NCBI RefSeq assembly: GCF_009914755.1
Contig: NC_060939.1
Reading direction: 5' to 3' (one strand)
DNA from: the human T2T-CHM13v2.0 reference genome, Homo sapiens
Length of the DNA stretch: 64,000 nucleotides
Part shown: piece after piece, positions 29,671-50,324 of the stretch
Layout: each line of letters starts with the position of its first letter
How positions within the stretch are numbered: the stretch's first letter is position 1
Program-made: the position numbers and the translations under genes
The notes under the pieces: generated by a model
The model's database searches: none
What the model saw: the letters and a program-made list of their open reading frames with translations, nothing else
Told to the model about the DNA's origin: nothing

Positions 29671-30369
29671 CCACCCTTGCACTAAAGGTATACATACACC
29701 CACTAGGGCATGGTCAACGTCAGAGATCTGGGCCAGACAGGAACTGAAGTAGATGGTTGGCCCTAACCACTGAACCACCTGCCTGCGGCCTCCTCCCATC
29801 AGAAGAGAGTAGAGCCTGTTTGGCCAGAGTGGAATGGTGGCAGAAAGCAGAGGTACTTTCCGGAGCGCTGGGGTCTGAATGGGTCCATTGAGGCTGGGCC
29901 CTGCTGCTTCCTGTAGGGCTGAGTGGGAGAGGCTCACAGAGGCTGCCTTGTGCAGCTGGAGCGCATAGCCAGGGAGGCCCCCACTCCAACAGAGGCCTCT
30001 GAGGCCTTGCTGGCCGGGGCTTTGGAAACTCTGACAGCGCTGCTTCCCTCACCTCCTGATCTCCTTTTTCTGCCCCTCTTACACTCTCTGAGGGGCTGCA
30101 GTTGCAAGAATCCAGAATCTCTGTCTTGGAGGTAGTGGGGGGGGGGGCAGTTGAAGAGGGGCTTTGAATGGAGAGGGTCTGCACAATAAAGATGTAATAA
30201 GCTAGGAGTCAATCCAGAGGACTTCCTGGAGGAGGTGATGGTGGTGTAGAGTCACAGAGAGGGAGGAACAGGCAGTCTCAGAGGACAGCAGCAAGGCCAA
30301 GTGAGAGACTGGCAGAGGTATACAGGTCCCCGTTGGCTGGGGTGAGGAGGGTTTCTGCTCCCTCACCCC

Positions 30370-30833
30370 CCAGAGCCTCTGGCTTATCACAGGATAAAAG
30401 CCAGCTAAGCTCCAGGGGCTTTCCAGGAAAAGTGTCTCTTGGAAAGGGTGTGACCTTTTCATCGGTCCTGACAGCACCCTAGAAATAGCTTGGCCTTTTC
30501 CCTCCCCTGAGCTCCACAGAGAACACAGCCAGCAGAAGACACATTCCCTGTCATCCAGAAATGGGTTTGATTCTCAGCTGAGGGACAGCAGGACTGGTAG
30601 AGACTGTCAGGCCACACAGCTACCTACAGAGCACCCCCATGCTTGGTCGGGGGTGGGAGGGATGGCAGGGTCTGGCTGTCCACAGGCCGGGCATGACAGT
30701 GGGGCGCACTGGAAGTGGCGCACTTTGGAGGGGCAATGTCAGGGAAGAGCTTCCTCTTGTTGGGCCACAAGACTCCACAAGGACAGCACGGTGACTGATT
30801 CCCAACGCTAGAGGCGAGGCAATCGGTCATGTG

Positions 30834-30875
<42 letters not shown>

Positions 30876-30880
30876 CACAC
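30370..30880 (-). repeat. Isolated ~500-bp DNM1 3'-region fragment (inverted paralog of ~45690-46195)
   Basis: Reverse-complement match, e.g. CTGTCATCCAGAAATGGGTTT and GGGACAGCAGGACTGGTAGAGACTGTCAGGCCACACAGCT; ends in the shared TG/CA microsatellite. Confidence 0.85.
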
Positions 30881-30931
30881 ACATATGTGTGTATATATAT
30901 ATGAGGGTGTGTGTATGTGTGTGTATACATA

Positions 30932-31222
<291 letters not shown>

Positions 31223-31867
31223 ATTTATAGATATTTATAGAATATGACCTCAACTATTTAAACATATCTGTAAGGGTATAAGTACTTTGATAACAAAGAA
31301 GCAATACATACTGATAGAAACTAGCTATCATGTCAACAGTAGTTATATTAGGTAGAGAAATTATGTGAGATTTTTATTTTTTTATATTTTACTAATCTTC
31401 TCAATAATGGTTGCTTATAAGTTTTATAATCAAGAAAAAAAGGTTTCTAAAGTTTTTGCAAAATGGAAAGTTATGCTTCTTTATATACTAAAGACAAAAA
31501 CAAACTTCCTATTTGAATACCTTTGACTTTTACTGCAGACTTACAGACCCTTGAAAGAAAAGGCAATCCCCTCCCACTAGTTTTGGTGTCATTCTCCCCA
31601 TCTCTCCCTTCACTTCCACCTTGGTCTTCTTTCTACTTCCCACCTTGGCTAGTGGTCTCCACCCAAAATGCTTGCTTGGCTTAATGGTTAGAATTCAGGG
31701 AAAAAGAGATCCCGAATTGCTAATCTAAACTAAGATTATACATGTGGGAAATAATAAAGAGAAACCAGGTAGTAAATAAGATTTGGAGGACTTAAAATAC
31801 CCAGACTTTAATTCCTCTAAGATTACAGTTGTTAATCATGTTTTTATATAATATTATCACTTAACAT

Positions 31868-39975
<8,108 letters not shown>

Positions 39976-40069
39976 TGTTAGTTTCTCCTTAAACACGATT
40001 GGCTGAACATGCGGGAACAAGGAAAACCTGACTGAAGAACGAGGCATTTAAGCTTAAGGGCCTTGGATC

Positions 40070-40516
40070 TGGGCGCGGTGGCTCAGGCCTGTAATCCCAG
40101 AACTCTGGGAGGCAGAGATGGGTCATTTGAGGTCAGGAGTTCGAGACCAGCCTGGCCAACATGATGAAACCCCGTCTCTACTAAACAACACAAAAGTTAG
40201 CCAGGCGTGGTGGCGGGCTCCCGTAATCCCAGCTACTCGGGAGGCTGAGGCAGGAGAATCGCTTGAACCCACAGACTGTCAAGAGATGGAGGCTGCAGTA
40301 TGCCGAGATCGCTCCACTGCACTCCAGCCTGGGCGACAGAGTGAGACTCCATCTCAAGAAGCGCCTGCCACCATGCCCGGCTAATTTTTGTATTTTTAGT
40401 AGAGACAGGGTTTTACCATGTTGGCCAGGCTGGTCTAGAACTCCTGACCTCAGGAGATCCAGCTGCCTCAGTCTCCCATAGTGCTGGGATTACAGGAATG
40501 AGCACTGCGCCCGGCC
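40070..40516. mobile_element. Tail-to-tail fused Alus (40070-40357 +, 40361-40516 -)
   Basis: A full + Alu lacking its poly-A abuts an antisense Alu linker and left arm. Confidence 0.88.
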
Positions 40517-40554
40517 AAAAAACCGAAAATCTTAAAGGCCTTTCCCCTTCCCTC

Positions 40555-41550
40555 ACTGGGCTCAAACAACAGCGGGAGCCGCCCTGCCACTCCCCGTCGC
40601 GGTCCAGGGGAGCAGGCTAGCTGACTGAGGGCGATCATGGGCCCCAAAAGGTCTGCGGGCGACGCGGGCTCCCACCTCAGGGCGCAGCGACTGGGGCGAG
40701 AGGTGCCGGCAGCCCCCAAGCCAGCCCCGCGGCAAGGAGCCAGAGAGACGCGCCCTCCCCCTCCTCCCACGCAAGCCTCACACAGCGGGGCGGGCCAGTA
40801 GCGGGAGAAAGGGGCGCGCTCGCCCCGCCTGGGGAACCGGGGCCTCTCCCGGGCAGGCTCGCCTTTGTCCCGGGACTCTGGGCGCCTCCTCTCCGCCCTC
40901 GCCCTGCCCCGTGAGGCCGCCACTGGGCGCCTCACCGTGATGTTGCAGTGGAGCGTGAGCTGCGGCGGCGGCTCCTGGTTCTTGTGGAAGATAGAGGCCA
41001 ACAACTTCAGCTTGGCCTTGAACCCTCACACGGACATTTTACTCTCACCTCTGGCGGGAGGGGCGCGGAAGGTGAGCCCGTCGGGAGCCGCTGTCACGGC
41101 CGCAACCACCCGCGGGACCTCTCGGCGGCGCTCTCCCAGCTCCGCCTCTCCCTGATGCCTCAACTCTAGTCGGAGTAGGGCTGGAAAATGGCAAGGGGCA
41201 CCGAGGCCTCTGCGGGGAGCTGTGTGGCGGCCTGGGCGGCTGCTCCCCTTGTAACAGACTCCACCGACAGGAGGCGCTGCTCCTGTCAAGCCGCAGCTTA
41301 AAAGGGCAACAGCACCACAGCCCCCGCTATCGCCTGGGAAAGGGCTGCCCCTACCCCGCTCCCGTCCCTCTCGCCCCTCACACCCGTCGCCCCTCACCCC
41401 TCAACCCGCGCGCCCCCTGCGCACCCGTTTCGGCGGCTGCAGGAGTCCAGAGCATGCGCGCGCTTCCGGCTGCCCCTCCTGGCCTTGACCCAGCACTGCT
41501 GGACCCATCTGGTCCGTTCTTCACACTCGCGGACTGGAGGCTCCGGGCAG
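40555..41550 (-). promoter_or_regulatory. CpG island / duplicated UBE2Q2 promoter
   Basis: High GC and CpG density around UBE2Q2P exon 1. GC boxes, and NRF1-like GCATGCGCGCGC plus ETS-like CTTCCGG near 41452-41469. Confidence 0.8.
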
Positions 41551-41607
41551 CACAACCACCAACTCGTGTGTGTGTTGGGGTGGGGGTGGGGGGCAGAAAA
41601 CCACCAA

Positions 41608-41610
<3 letters not shown>

Positions 41611-41652
<42 letters not shown>
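41611..41652 (+). repeat. (GT)n microsatellite
   Basis: About 21 units. Confidence 0.95.
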
Positions 41653-41653
<1 letters not shown>

Positions 41654-42820
41654 TCCCAAGGGAACAGCACTGCTGAGTTCAGGCTATCAGCTCATGGACT
41701 GTCAGCAAAATACAGTCACAAGAAGGCTATGTGCTGTTTTGTCTCTTGCAGTGACGTCATGTTGCTCATGTTTTATGTTTTTCAGAGTTCATTAGTTTCT
41801 GTTTGCTCTCAGTTAATATCCAGCTCAATAGATTGTGTAAGTAGAATACCCCCAAACTGAAAGTCACCTACATAAAATATAGTGAAAAATATGTCACCCA
41901 CTTAAACTATAGTTGAAAATATGTACTCATTAGTTTTGTGTAGCCAACACTGGATAATGGGTAAGGGGAAAGGATCCCAGGGCTAGACTGCCTGGGTTCA
42001 AGTTCCGATTTCCTGCTGGCTGTGAAATACTTGACAGCGTTCAGCCTCTGTTTCTTTTCTTTTTTTTTTTTTTTAGCTTAATCCCAAATATGATAGTAAG
42101 TCTCAGTTTCTTGATCTGAAAAACAGAAATTATTCAATGACAGTCTATGTGAAAACTTTAAAGTTTTCAAAGCCACTATCTAGCTTAGGAAAGTCCTCAG
42201 CTTTAGGGGTTAAAGTTTTTAAAACCACTGCCTGGTTCAGGAAAGCCCTCAGCTGTAGCCATTATTAGCTATGATTATTATTGTGGTGGCTACACATACA
42301 TTAATGAGGCAGGAAAATGCTCAAGGATAACAAGCAAGTATCCAGATTATCTCATCAGACCAAGACAGATGCATATGCATGCATGATCATGTTTTAGCTC
42401 AGAGCCATTTGTCTAAAAGGCTCTTGAACTCAGAGGCCCAGGAGTATCAACTTTGCTTTGCAGTGGAGCCATCGCTTTTGTTAATCAATGAAATTGACAT
42501 AATGCTCTTCTTTTTTTTTTCCTTTTTAGCACCAACCATGTGCCTAGAGCTAACTGTGTTAAGAAGAGCATGCTTCAAGTGGCTGGAGTGAGCAATTCAA
42601 CTTGTGGAGGAATGAGAAGTGACAGTGTTGAGACAAGCAACATAAAACCCCAGGGTAAGGTAGAAATCACTGAAAGTCAGGCAAAGGAACTGGCGTCCAG
42701 TAATGAGTCAGGCTTTGCCAGCCTCTGGCCCTACAGATGGCTCTTTGCAGAGGAAAAAATTAAGCCAGGCCCGAGGGCACAGATCCTAAGGGAATGCTGG
42801 CAGCTCTAGGCTGTCTATGA

Positions 42821-45679
42821 GAGTCCAGAGATGCTGCTTCACCCTGGGGCTTTAGGCAAGTCCCTTTCCCTCCCAGAGCCTCAGCATCCCTTCTAGCAAA
42901 TGACGTTCTGCCTTTCTCCTAGGATGGCTGTGGGGATCAAGGGAGACAGTGGCCATAGGGATACTATGTTAACTGCAGATGCGGCTGTAGGAGCACTTTG
43001 CTAACTTCCAACGTGAGTTCAGACTCTTCAGGCTATTTGGCACCCAGATCTATGGTGAGGTGTGACATATGGGATGTAAAGTTTGATGCCTGCTCCGACT
43101 CCAGTCTTGCTAACACACACGAAACCTTTGGTAAATCATGACCCTGCCTTGGGGAAAAGGGCAGTCTGGGAGAGCTTCTTCAAGGCAGCCTGGCTTCAAT
43201 GCAGTCTGGGGCATGACTGAGATAGGCATACGTGGTGAGGAACTGGAGGGCAACTGGGTAAAGAGCTGCAGTGTGGGCAGAGGTGTAGTGTGGGTCACAT
43301 CGCGGATAGCCACTGGCCAAAGCAGGGAACAGAGACAGAATGAGGAAGAGCTCTGTGGGGAGGGTGGGGCACAGGGTGGAGAACCTTCAAAGTCCAAAGA
43401 GTATGACTTGTTGGGATTCAACGCTGTAGGCAGTAGGGAGCCATGGAAGGCTCTTAGGTGGAGAAATGACAGCCGGACATTAGTGAGCAAGCCCTGTCTC
43501 CCTGAGCAGCATGGGTGGTCCTCTGAGCACGCCAGGCACGAGTGTGCAGGGAGCTGGTGCAAATGCCTCTGTGTGCGGGTGAGCATCTGTGTTGTGACTC
43601 TGCCCACGCATGTGCTTCAGCGTGCCGAGTGGCTGCACGCCCCAGATCCATGCGGCACGTGCCGGCCGGTGAGGGTGCTGGGCATTGGGAGGTGGCGGGG
43701 AGGGCGACGTATGCGTGTTGTTTGTGGGCATGTGTGTGAGTGTGCATGCGGGCCGTGGGGCCTCACAGCATGTGTGTGCACACTCCGGCATGTGCGTGTG
43801 TGTGTCCCCCACCCCCAGGCCTGCCCCACCCATGCATGGGACCTGCCATGTGATTTGAAGCTGTCTTTCAGAATCACTATCAGTGGCCCCTGAGGAGCGT
43901 CAGCCATGGTAGGTACATGCCTCACTGCCTGCTGCATGAATGGTCTGCCTGCCCCGCTGCCCCAGCTCCACACAGGGGGCATACCTGGAGCCTCAGAGCC
44001 AGGCTCCCTGCCCCTCCCTTCTGGAGCTGCAGACTTGCTCTTTCCTCTTTCTGTCCTTGTGCTGCTGGCTGTCTCACTTTGCTCCCTGTGAGCCATGGGA
44101 CTCAGTGCCACTGCTCAAGGTCTCCATGGCTGAGCCTGGGGGCTCTTACAACAGGCTCCATGCCCAAGGTGGCAGTTGTGGAACCATCAGAGAGGGCACA
44201 GAGCTCATGGTTTATGGTGTAGGGGCTGGGAGCTTGGAGGGGGTTGTGTGGGGGGCTGGACTCAGGCGGCCAGAGGCCTGGGAACATCATCCTGGGCACG
44301 CCGTACCTGTCACGCAGTCTGAGTCATGCTGCCAGGGCAGGTATCCAGCTCCCAGCCTGGGAGTGCCAAGAGCCAAATCCACGGCAGATTAGGGGTGATA
44401 GTCACGGTCCCACGTCCTCTATCTGTCAGCAATCCAGTGGTGATCTAGGATAAAAGCCTGAGAGTCCTATACACGCGGTCATCCCACAACACACTTCATA
44501 GGCCATGGAAGGACACACAGCCCCCTTCCCTCCCTCCCAGGTACCATGATAGCTGCTAGCGTGCGACTGAAGGCAGGGTCCCTGGCCCCTGCTGAAGCAC
44601 TACTGCTGGCCAGCAGGCTCACGCACCTTGGCCTGTTGCTTCTAGGGGTTGCCTGTGCTATTCAGCCAATAGTGCTGCTGGCCCAGCTGAGCTCCGCCTA
44701 GAGAGCTCACTTCCCTTTCCTGCCACGGAGTCTCCCTCTTCTGCTTTTCCCAGCAGGAAGGGCCCAGCCTCACCTATGTAACCTGCAGCCCCCCGCCAAC
44801 CAGTTAAGGCTCCCCTCTTAGACTTAGAAGTCTATGGCCAATGGCATCCGGCTACCTGCCCTCCCTGCCTTCCCCAGGGTTCCTCAGAGGACCCTGGGCT
44901 TTCTGATGGCCCAGAGGGGCCTCTGGCATTCACTCCAGCCAGCCATCCCTTATAGCTCCACCATTTTGGTTCAATCAGTGTTCCTTCTCTATCAGGTCTG
45001 GTGGCTGTTGGATGGGGCTCTCCAAGCAAGAGGTGGCCCTGGGCCAGTGCGTTGGAAGACATGGGGACCACAGAAGAGGGAAGCCCGAGGGAGCTGGCAT
45101 TGGTCTGAACTGTGGGTGGATGGGTGGATTGCCTGGGTTCCATGAGACAGGCCAGCGTGTGTGGGGTAGGGAGGGCCGCCGCAGTCCCCAGGCACTACCT
45201 ATGAAGCTCCAGCTTCTCCCTCCATCTCCCTCCCCTTTCCCTTCCAGCCCCTCTTTTCCAGGAACCTTGCCACGCCCACACCTACGCCCTCCCCTCCCCG
45301 GTCCTCCACAGCTGCTGCAGCGCACCCATACTCTGCACTTGCCTCACCAGCTCTGGCTTTTCTCTAACCCGTTTTCTCTCTGCTTTCTCTCCAACTGCCA
45401 GCTGATCGGGTCAGGCAAGTCCATCCCGTCCTGAGAGCCCCAGGCCCCACTTCGACCTCTAAACACATCCCTCCTCTTCTCAGAGACCTCCCTTTCCAAG
45501 CCTGCCTGGGCGGGTGTCCTGTGACTTGACAGTGGCTCCCCCAGCCCCAAAGCCAGCCCCCTTCTTCTGTGACTTAGTCTGTTGTAGTGGTGAGCTGACA
45601 CGTCCAGGTGTGACCGTTGCTGAAAACTTGTGCCCCCTCTGTGGTATGCCCCTGCCCTGTTCTATAAATAGCTATAAAT

Positions 45680-45732
<53 letters not shown>

Positions 45733-46750
45733 CATATATATACGTGGCCAACTGCCTCACCTCTAGCACTGGGAATCAGTCCCGTGCTGTGCTTGTGGAA
45801 TCTTGTAGCCCAGCAAGAGGAAGCTGTCTCCTGACATCGCCCCTCCAAAGTGCACCACCTCCAGTGAGCTTCCGGGACATGCGCGGCCTGTGGACAGCCA
45901 GCCCCCGCCATCCCTCCCGCCCTTCTGGCCAAGCATGGCGGTGCTGTGCAGGCAGCTGTGTGGCCTGACAGTCTCTACCAGTCCTGCTGTCCCTTGGCTG
46001 AGAAACCCATTTCTGGATGACAGAGAATGTGTCCTCTGCTGGCTGTGTTCTCTATGGAGCTCAGGGGATGGAAAAGGCCAAGCCATTTTTAGGGTGCTGT
46101 TGGGAGCAGTGAAAAGGTCACACCCTTTTCAAGGGACACTTTTCCTGGAAAGTCCCTGGAGCTTAGCTGGCTCTTACCCTGTGAAGCCAGCTCTGGCCAC
46201 TAGGGGACAGGGCCCTGAACTCAGCCTGGAGGGAACCTGCGGGGCAGCCGGCACTCTGGAGGGACAGACAGGCCACCCGGTGCAGACAGGAGAGGGAGGC
46301 AGGGGGACAGAACGGAAGACACCTGGGGTGGATGGAAGTCAGTGCCCTTGGGCACTGGTATCTGTCTTCCCTGCCACAGCTAGATCAGGCTTCTCAACCA
46401 GTTGGCTGTCAGGGCCAGAGTGTACTCCGTAGGCGCCATGGCAGTCCCCATGAAATCCACCAGGTGTCACCAGGCAGCATACAGGTAACAGGCCTGGAAG
46501 GTCCCCAACAGCCCAGCTGGACATGCTGAGACACTCTGGGGCTCCTCATTCAGTGGGACAAACTGCAGGACCCAGTGAGGGAAATGGGAACATACCAGGC
46601 CGAGCAGTATGGCTAAATCCATTTATTCCAAAATCAAAAGCAAAAAACAAAAAACAAAAAACAGGAGTCCCATCACCAGGCAGCCATGACCCCATCCCCG
46701 CCTGCTTCCTCGCTCCTATGCTAGCAATAAATAAGTTTCCCAGCCGCGAA
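42821..46750 (+). pseudogene. DNM1P: Second dynamin-1 pseudogene fragment (37-nt xb exon, terminal exon, 3' region)
   Basis: Exon 43872-43908 (RITISGP*). Terminal exon from 45402 encodes *SGQASPSRPESPRPHFDL* (TAA 45460-45462). AATAAA at 46726-46731. 42821-45302 is the inverted paralog of 10127-12608. Confidence 0.9.
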
Positions 46751-47229
46751 TAATTATAAGAACCTCTTCCTCATATGCCAGCTGCAACCTCCGCTAGGTA
46801 CGATACAGAATGTTACACAGCTACAGTATGTACACGGGGGAAGGGGGGCCACCCCCAGCAGCCTGTGCCCTGGCCTGGTCTACAGTTAACTCCACTGTCC
46901 CGCCTCAGCTGCCTCTCTGAGTAAGAAGATGGGAGCCCCCCTGAGGGAAAAGTTGCTTTGGTGAGAGTAAGAAGGCCGTCAGACCTCCTCCAAACAAACC
47001 AACTCCACCAACCTCTGGCTCTTAAATAACAAACATCATCATCCAGAAATGTAAGGACTCAGCCTTGGTCAAGGTGGTAAAGGGTCTGTTTGTCTCCCTC
47101 CATTAGACAGGGGTCTTGTCTTGCTACCCTAATGGTAAAGGGTGACTGGGGAGGGGTTGTAGGGACATGGTGGGGGTGAAGACTCCAGACCCACTTCTCC
47201 AGGCTTATGCTGACAGGGGCCTGCTTTTA

Positions 47230-50200
47230 TTTATTTTTATTTTTATCCCATGACTTTTTTTAAATCCTGTAACTAATTTTTCATAACTTTTTAAAATAAC
47301 TTTTCATAAAACTTTTTTTTTACTTTTTTTCCACAACTTTTTTTTGCCACTTTTCCACAGTATTTTTTTATCCTGTAACTTTTTCATCCCACAACTTTAA
47401 TTCCTGTTAACTTTTTTAGTTTGTGTTCTTTTAATAAACACACTTACATAGTTACAATTTTGTAAGAATAAAAACCGATTACCTCATGCCAAGCATGCCG
47501 AGAATTTGCAGAGTCTCAATACCCAATACTATAGTTTTCAAGACACACAAAATTTTTAGGCAAAACAGCACCTTGAAACAATTTAATAATGTATTACATT
47601 ACAGTAGCATCACAGCAGCAGTCAATAATGCCACTTTAGACAAAAATCAGTATTTCCATTATGCATTCTGTGTATAAGAATTCATAAATCGGTAAAAGTC
47701 ATTCTAAGAAAACTTGGCAAATACAGCTTTGGACTGGAATTGGCATTTCTTTGTCTACTTTTCCTTCCCCTAGATTCTTTGTTTTAAACTACAGTATTCA
47801 TATTTTAAAATGTTTTAAATTATTTTAAGACGTTAATATAGCAGTTACATTTTTGAATAGTTATTTGAAAGTGACTGTAAGATAAAGTTTTAGAGAATCT
47901 ATTATGGATAGGGTTGATTTACATTTTCACATTTTCTAAAAATCAGCTTTGGTTTTAGAACTGATTGTTTTTCATTTTGGGAAAACCTACCAGGTTTAAT
48001 CAATTACTTTAAAAATAATTATCATATTTTGCAGTCTTTAAATAGGTGTTTTGATTCTTTACTCCCTACAGAAATTCAAATTTATTCAGTTGAAGTCACA
48101 TTTTAAAATTCTATGTTCCTGCTGAACTCTAACCTTCTAATGTTGCCTTCTAAGCAAATTAAAGGCTGCCTTATACTGAATGAGGTAGAGAACAAATACT
48201 TGGCTGAATGAGGTACTGCAAAAGACTGCATGCACTTTGAAGAAAGACTTGAGTTATTGTCATAGGATTTCCATTCTCTTTAGCTTTTTCTTAAACATAT
48301 GACAAAATACCTACACAAAGAGTCGTATTTGAATTAATATAGTATATTTATTTTTCAGACTGACATTCATCTTAAATATGCCAGTATGTGATTTAATCCA
48401 CAGGTACCTGATGAACACATTATTGTCAGATTGGTTACAGTTGCTAAACGCTATCTGAAGGTCATTCCTAGTCATTTATACGTGTCAGGGTAAAAGTGAA
48501 GCGATTTGAACTATAAAAATACCTTTGAAATAATTTATCAATGTATTAGATAAGCTCAGTTTCAGAATGATAAACAAAAACTGTTAGACCAAATAACGTG
48601 GCTAATTAACAGTGGTACGATTTCTAGCCCGAGGGTTTAAAATGGAGTTAAAGTAAGTGTCTTTAAACTGAACTCAAAGAATGCAAAAGCGGCAAGTTCA
48701 GAAAAGGCAAGAACAGGACCTTTAGTCCATTTTAAGCCATAAATATTACACAAAATATGCCTCTAACTGAAACTGAGAGGTATAAAAACATATTTCACTC
48801 TTCGTAAAGAACTTTGTGAGGAAATATAACTCTGTGATTGTATAGACACTTTCCTCATGACACTTTGACAGTCACAAACAGTAGATTGCGCTGCAGTTTG
48901 TAAACATTTTACGTTGCATAAACTGCTCCTTGATTTTCAAATGTAGTATAATACTGTCTACTAAAACTCCTTTTTGTTTCAACTAAGTACTCTCACATAT
49001 ATTAGTTTATAATAATGTTTGTTATTATTTTTAAAGTGTTCTCCATTCAAGGAAAAGAAGTAAATTCCTATGTCAGATGGTTGAAGACTAGCTATTAGCC
49101 AGAGAGGTCTAGATGGTAAAATCCATCTTCTAGCCTCAAATAAGCTCCATGAACACAGAGGAATGCCAGGTGTCACACAGCTTTCCTTCACTCGAATTCA
49201 TTCTTGACTAGAGCCTGTATATGCCTGTTCCAGGGGCATTTAAACTCTTAAAGGATTTCTTCTGATCTTTACTAAATACATTAAGGAGAACGCCAACCAG
49301 TGCCCTTTTGTGTACTGGGACATGTAGTCATGTGATTAAAACAGGGAACATGAACTCTGACTTTAAAATGTATTGTAGATATAAATGCTCTCAGCTAGAA
49401 AAGGTTTTCCACATCCACAGTCATGATGGGAGCCTTTCATTCCTCAGAAATAATCCCTTTTCAGGTCATCAAAAAAGAGTACAACTGCCACAGCTCATGA
49501 GGCAGTATCTTCATGAGCCCAGAGCACATACAAATCCTAAGGGAACTACCGTAGTACAGCGCTCATTCTTGGCACCGGAACAAATGAAACATATTCTATC
49601 CTGCACACACCTGCCAAAGCAGGCCACTTTCCTCTTCTGGGAGATTTAAAAACCTCCCCAAAATGTTATTACTCCCATCCCCAATACACAGAAAAAGGGG
49701 GAAAGGCTGTTTCCAGTGCTCCACCTTTAAACAACTGTAAATGTCAGTACTCACAGTGGCATATTACAAAGTAATAGACCGCGCACTTGAGGGCAAACTG
49801 CATATTGAGCTAATGAAGAGCTCACTGTGATTAGGATTCGATCAAACATAACAGCAGAACATAAGGAAATTTTATCTGAATTCCGTAATGAATATACAGG
49901 CTGTACTAACATTAAAAAAGCATGGCAGCCTATCCCAAACCAGCAAGAACAGTTGTGTGCATACAGTGGGTCTTTGTGTGTTTGAACTCCCACCACATAA
50001 GGGCAAACTCGATATGCATGCTAACGTCCTATAATTATCAAATTAAAAAAATGCTAAAAGATGCCAGAGTGAACATGAGAGAAACACCCACTCTCATTTA
50101 ACTTTTTACAAATAAATTTAAATTATAAATTAGAAACACAAATAAATTTAAACTATAAATTAGAAACACAAATAAATTTAAACTATAAATTAGAAACACA

Positions 50201-50324
50201 AATAAATTTAAACTATAAATTAGAAACACAAATAAACATAAGTGGCTCTAACATTCAAATGAAGTAAATGAATTGTGTAGGATATTAACCCCTTAAATGT
50301 TTTGTTTTTTTTTTTCAATTCCTT
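47230..50324 (-). other. AT-rich ~3.1-kb inserted 3' UTR of GOLGA6L (LCR15 core element, reported as ITSN2-UTR-derived)
   Basis: Abrupt GC-to-AT shift. Minus-strand ATTAAA at 47430-47435 followed by a degenerate A-rich tail. Degenerate TSD at both ends. The ITSN2 origin is recalled from the literature, not verified here. Confidence 0.7.
50109..50236. repeat. 30-bp tandem repeat, about 4.3 copies
   Basis: Unit CAAATAAATTTAAACTATAAATTAGAAACA. Confidence 0.95.
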
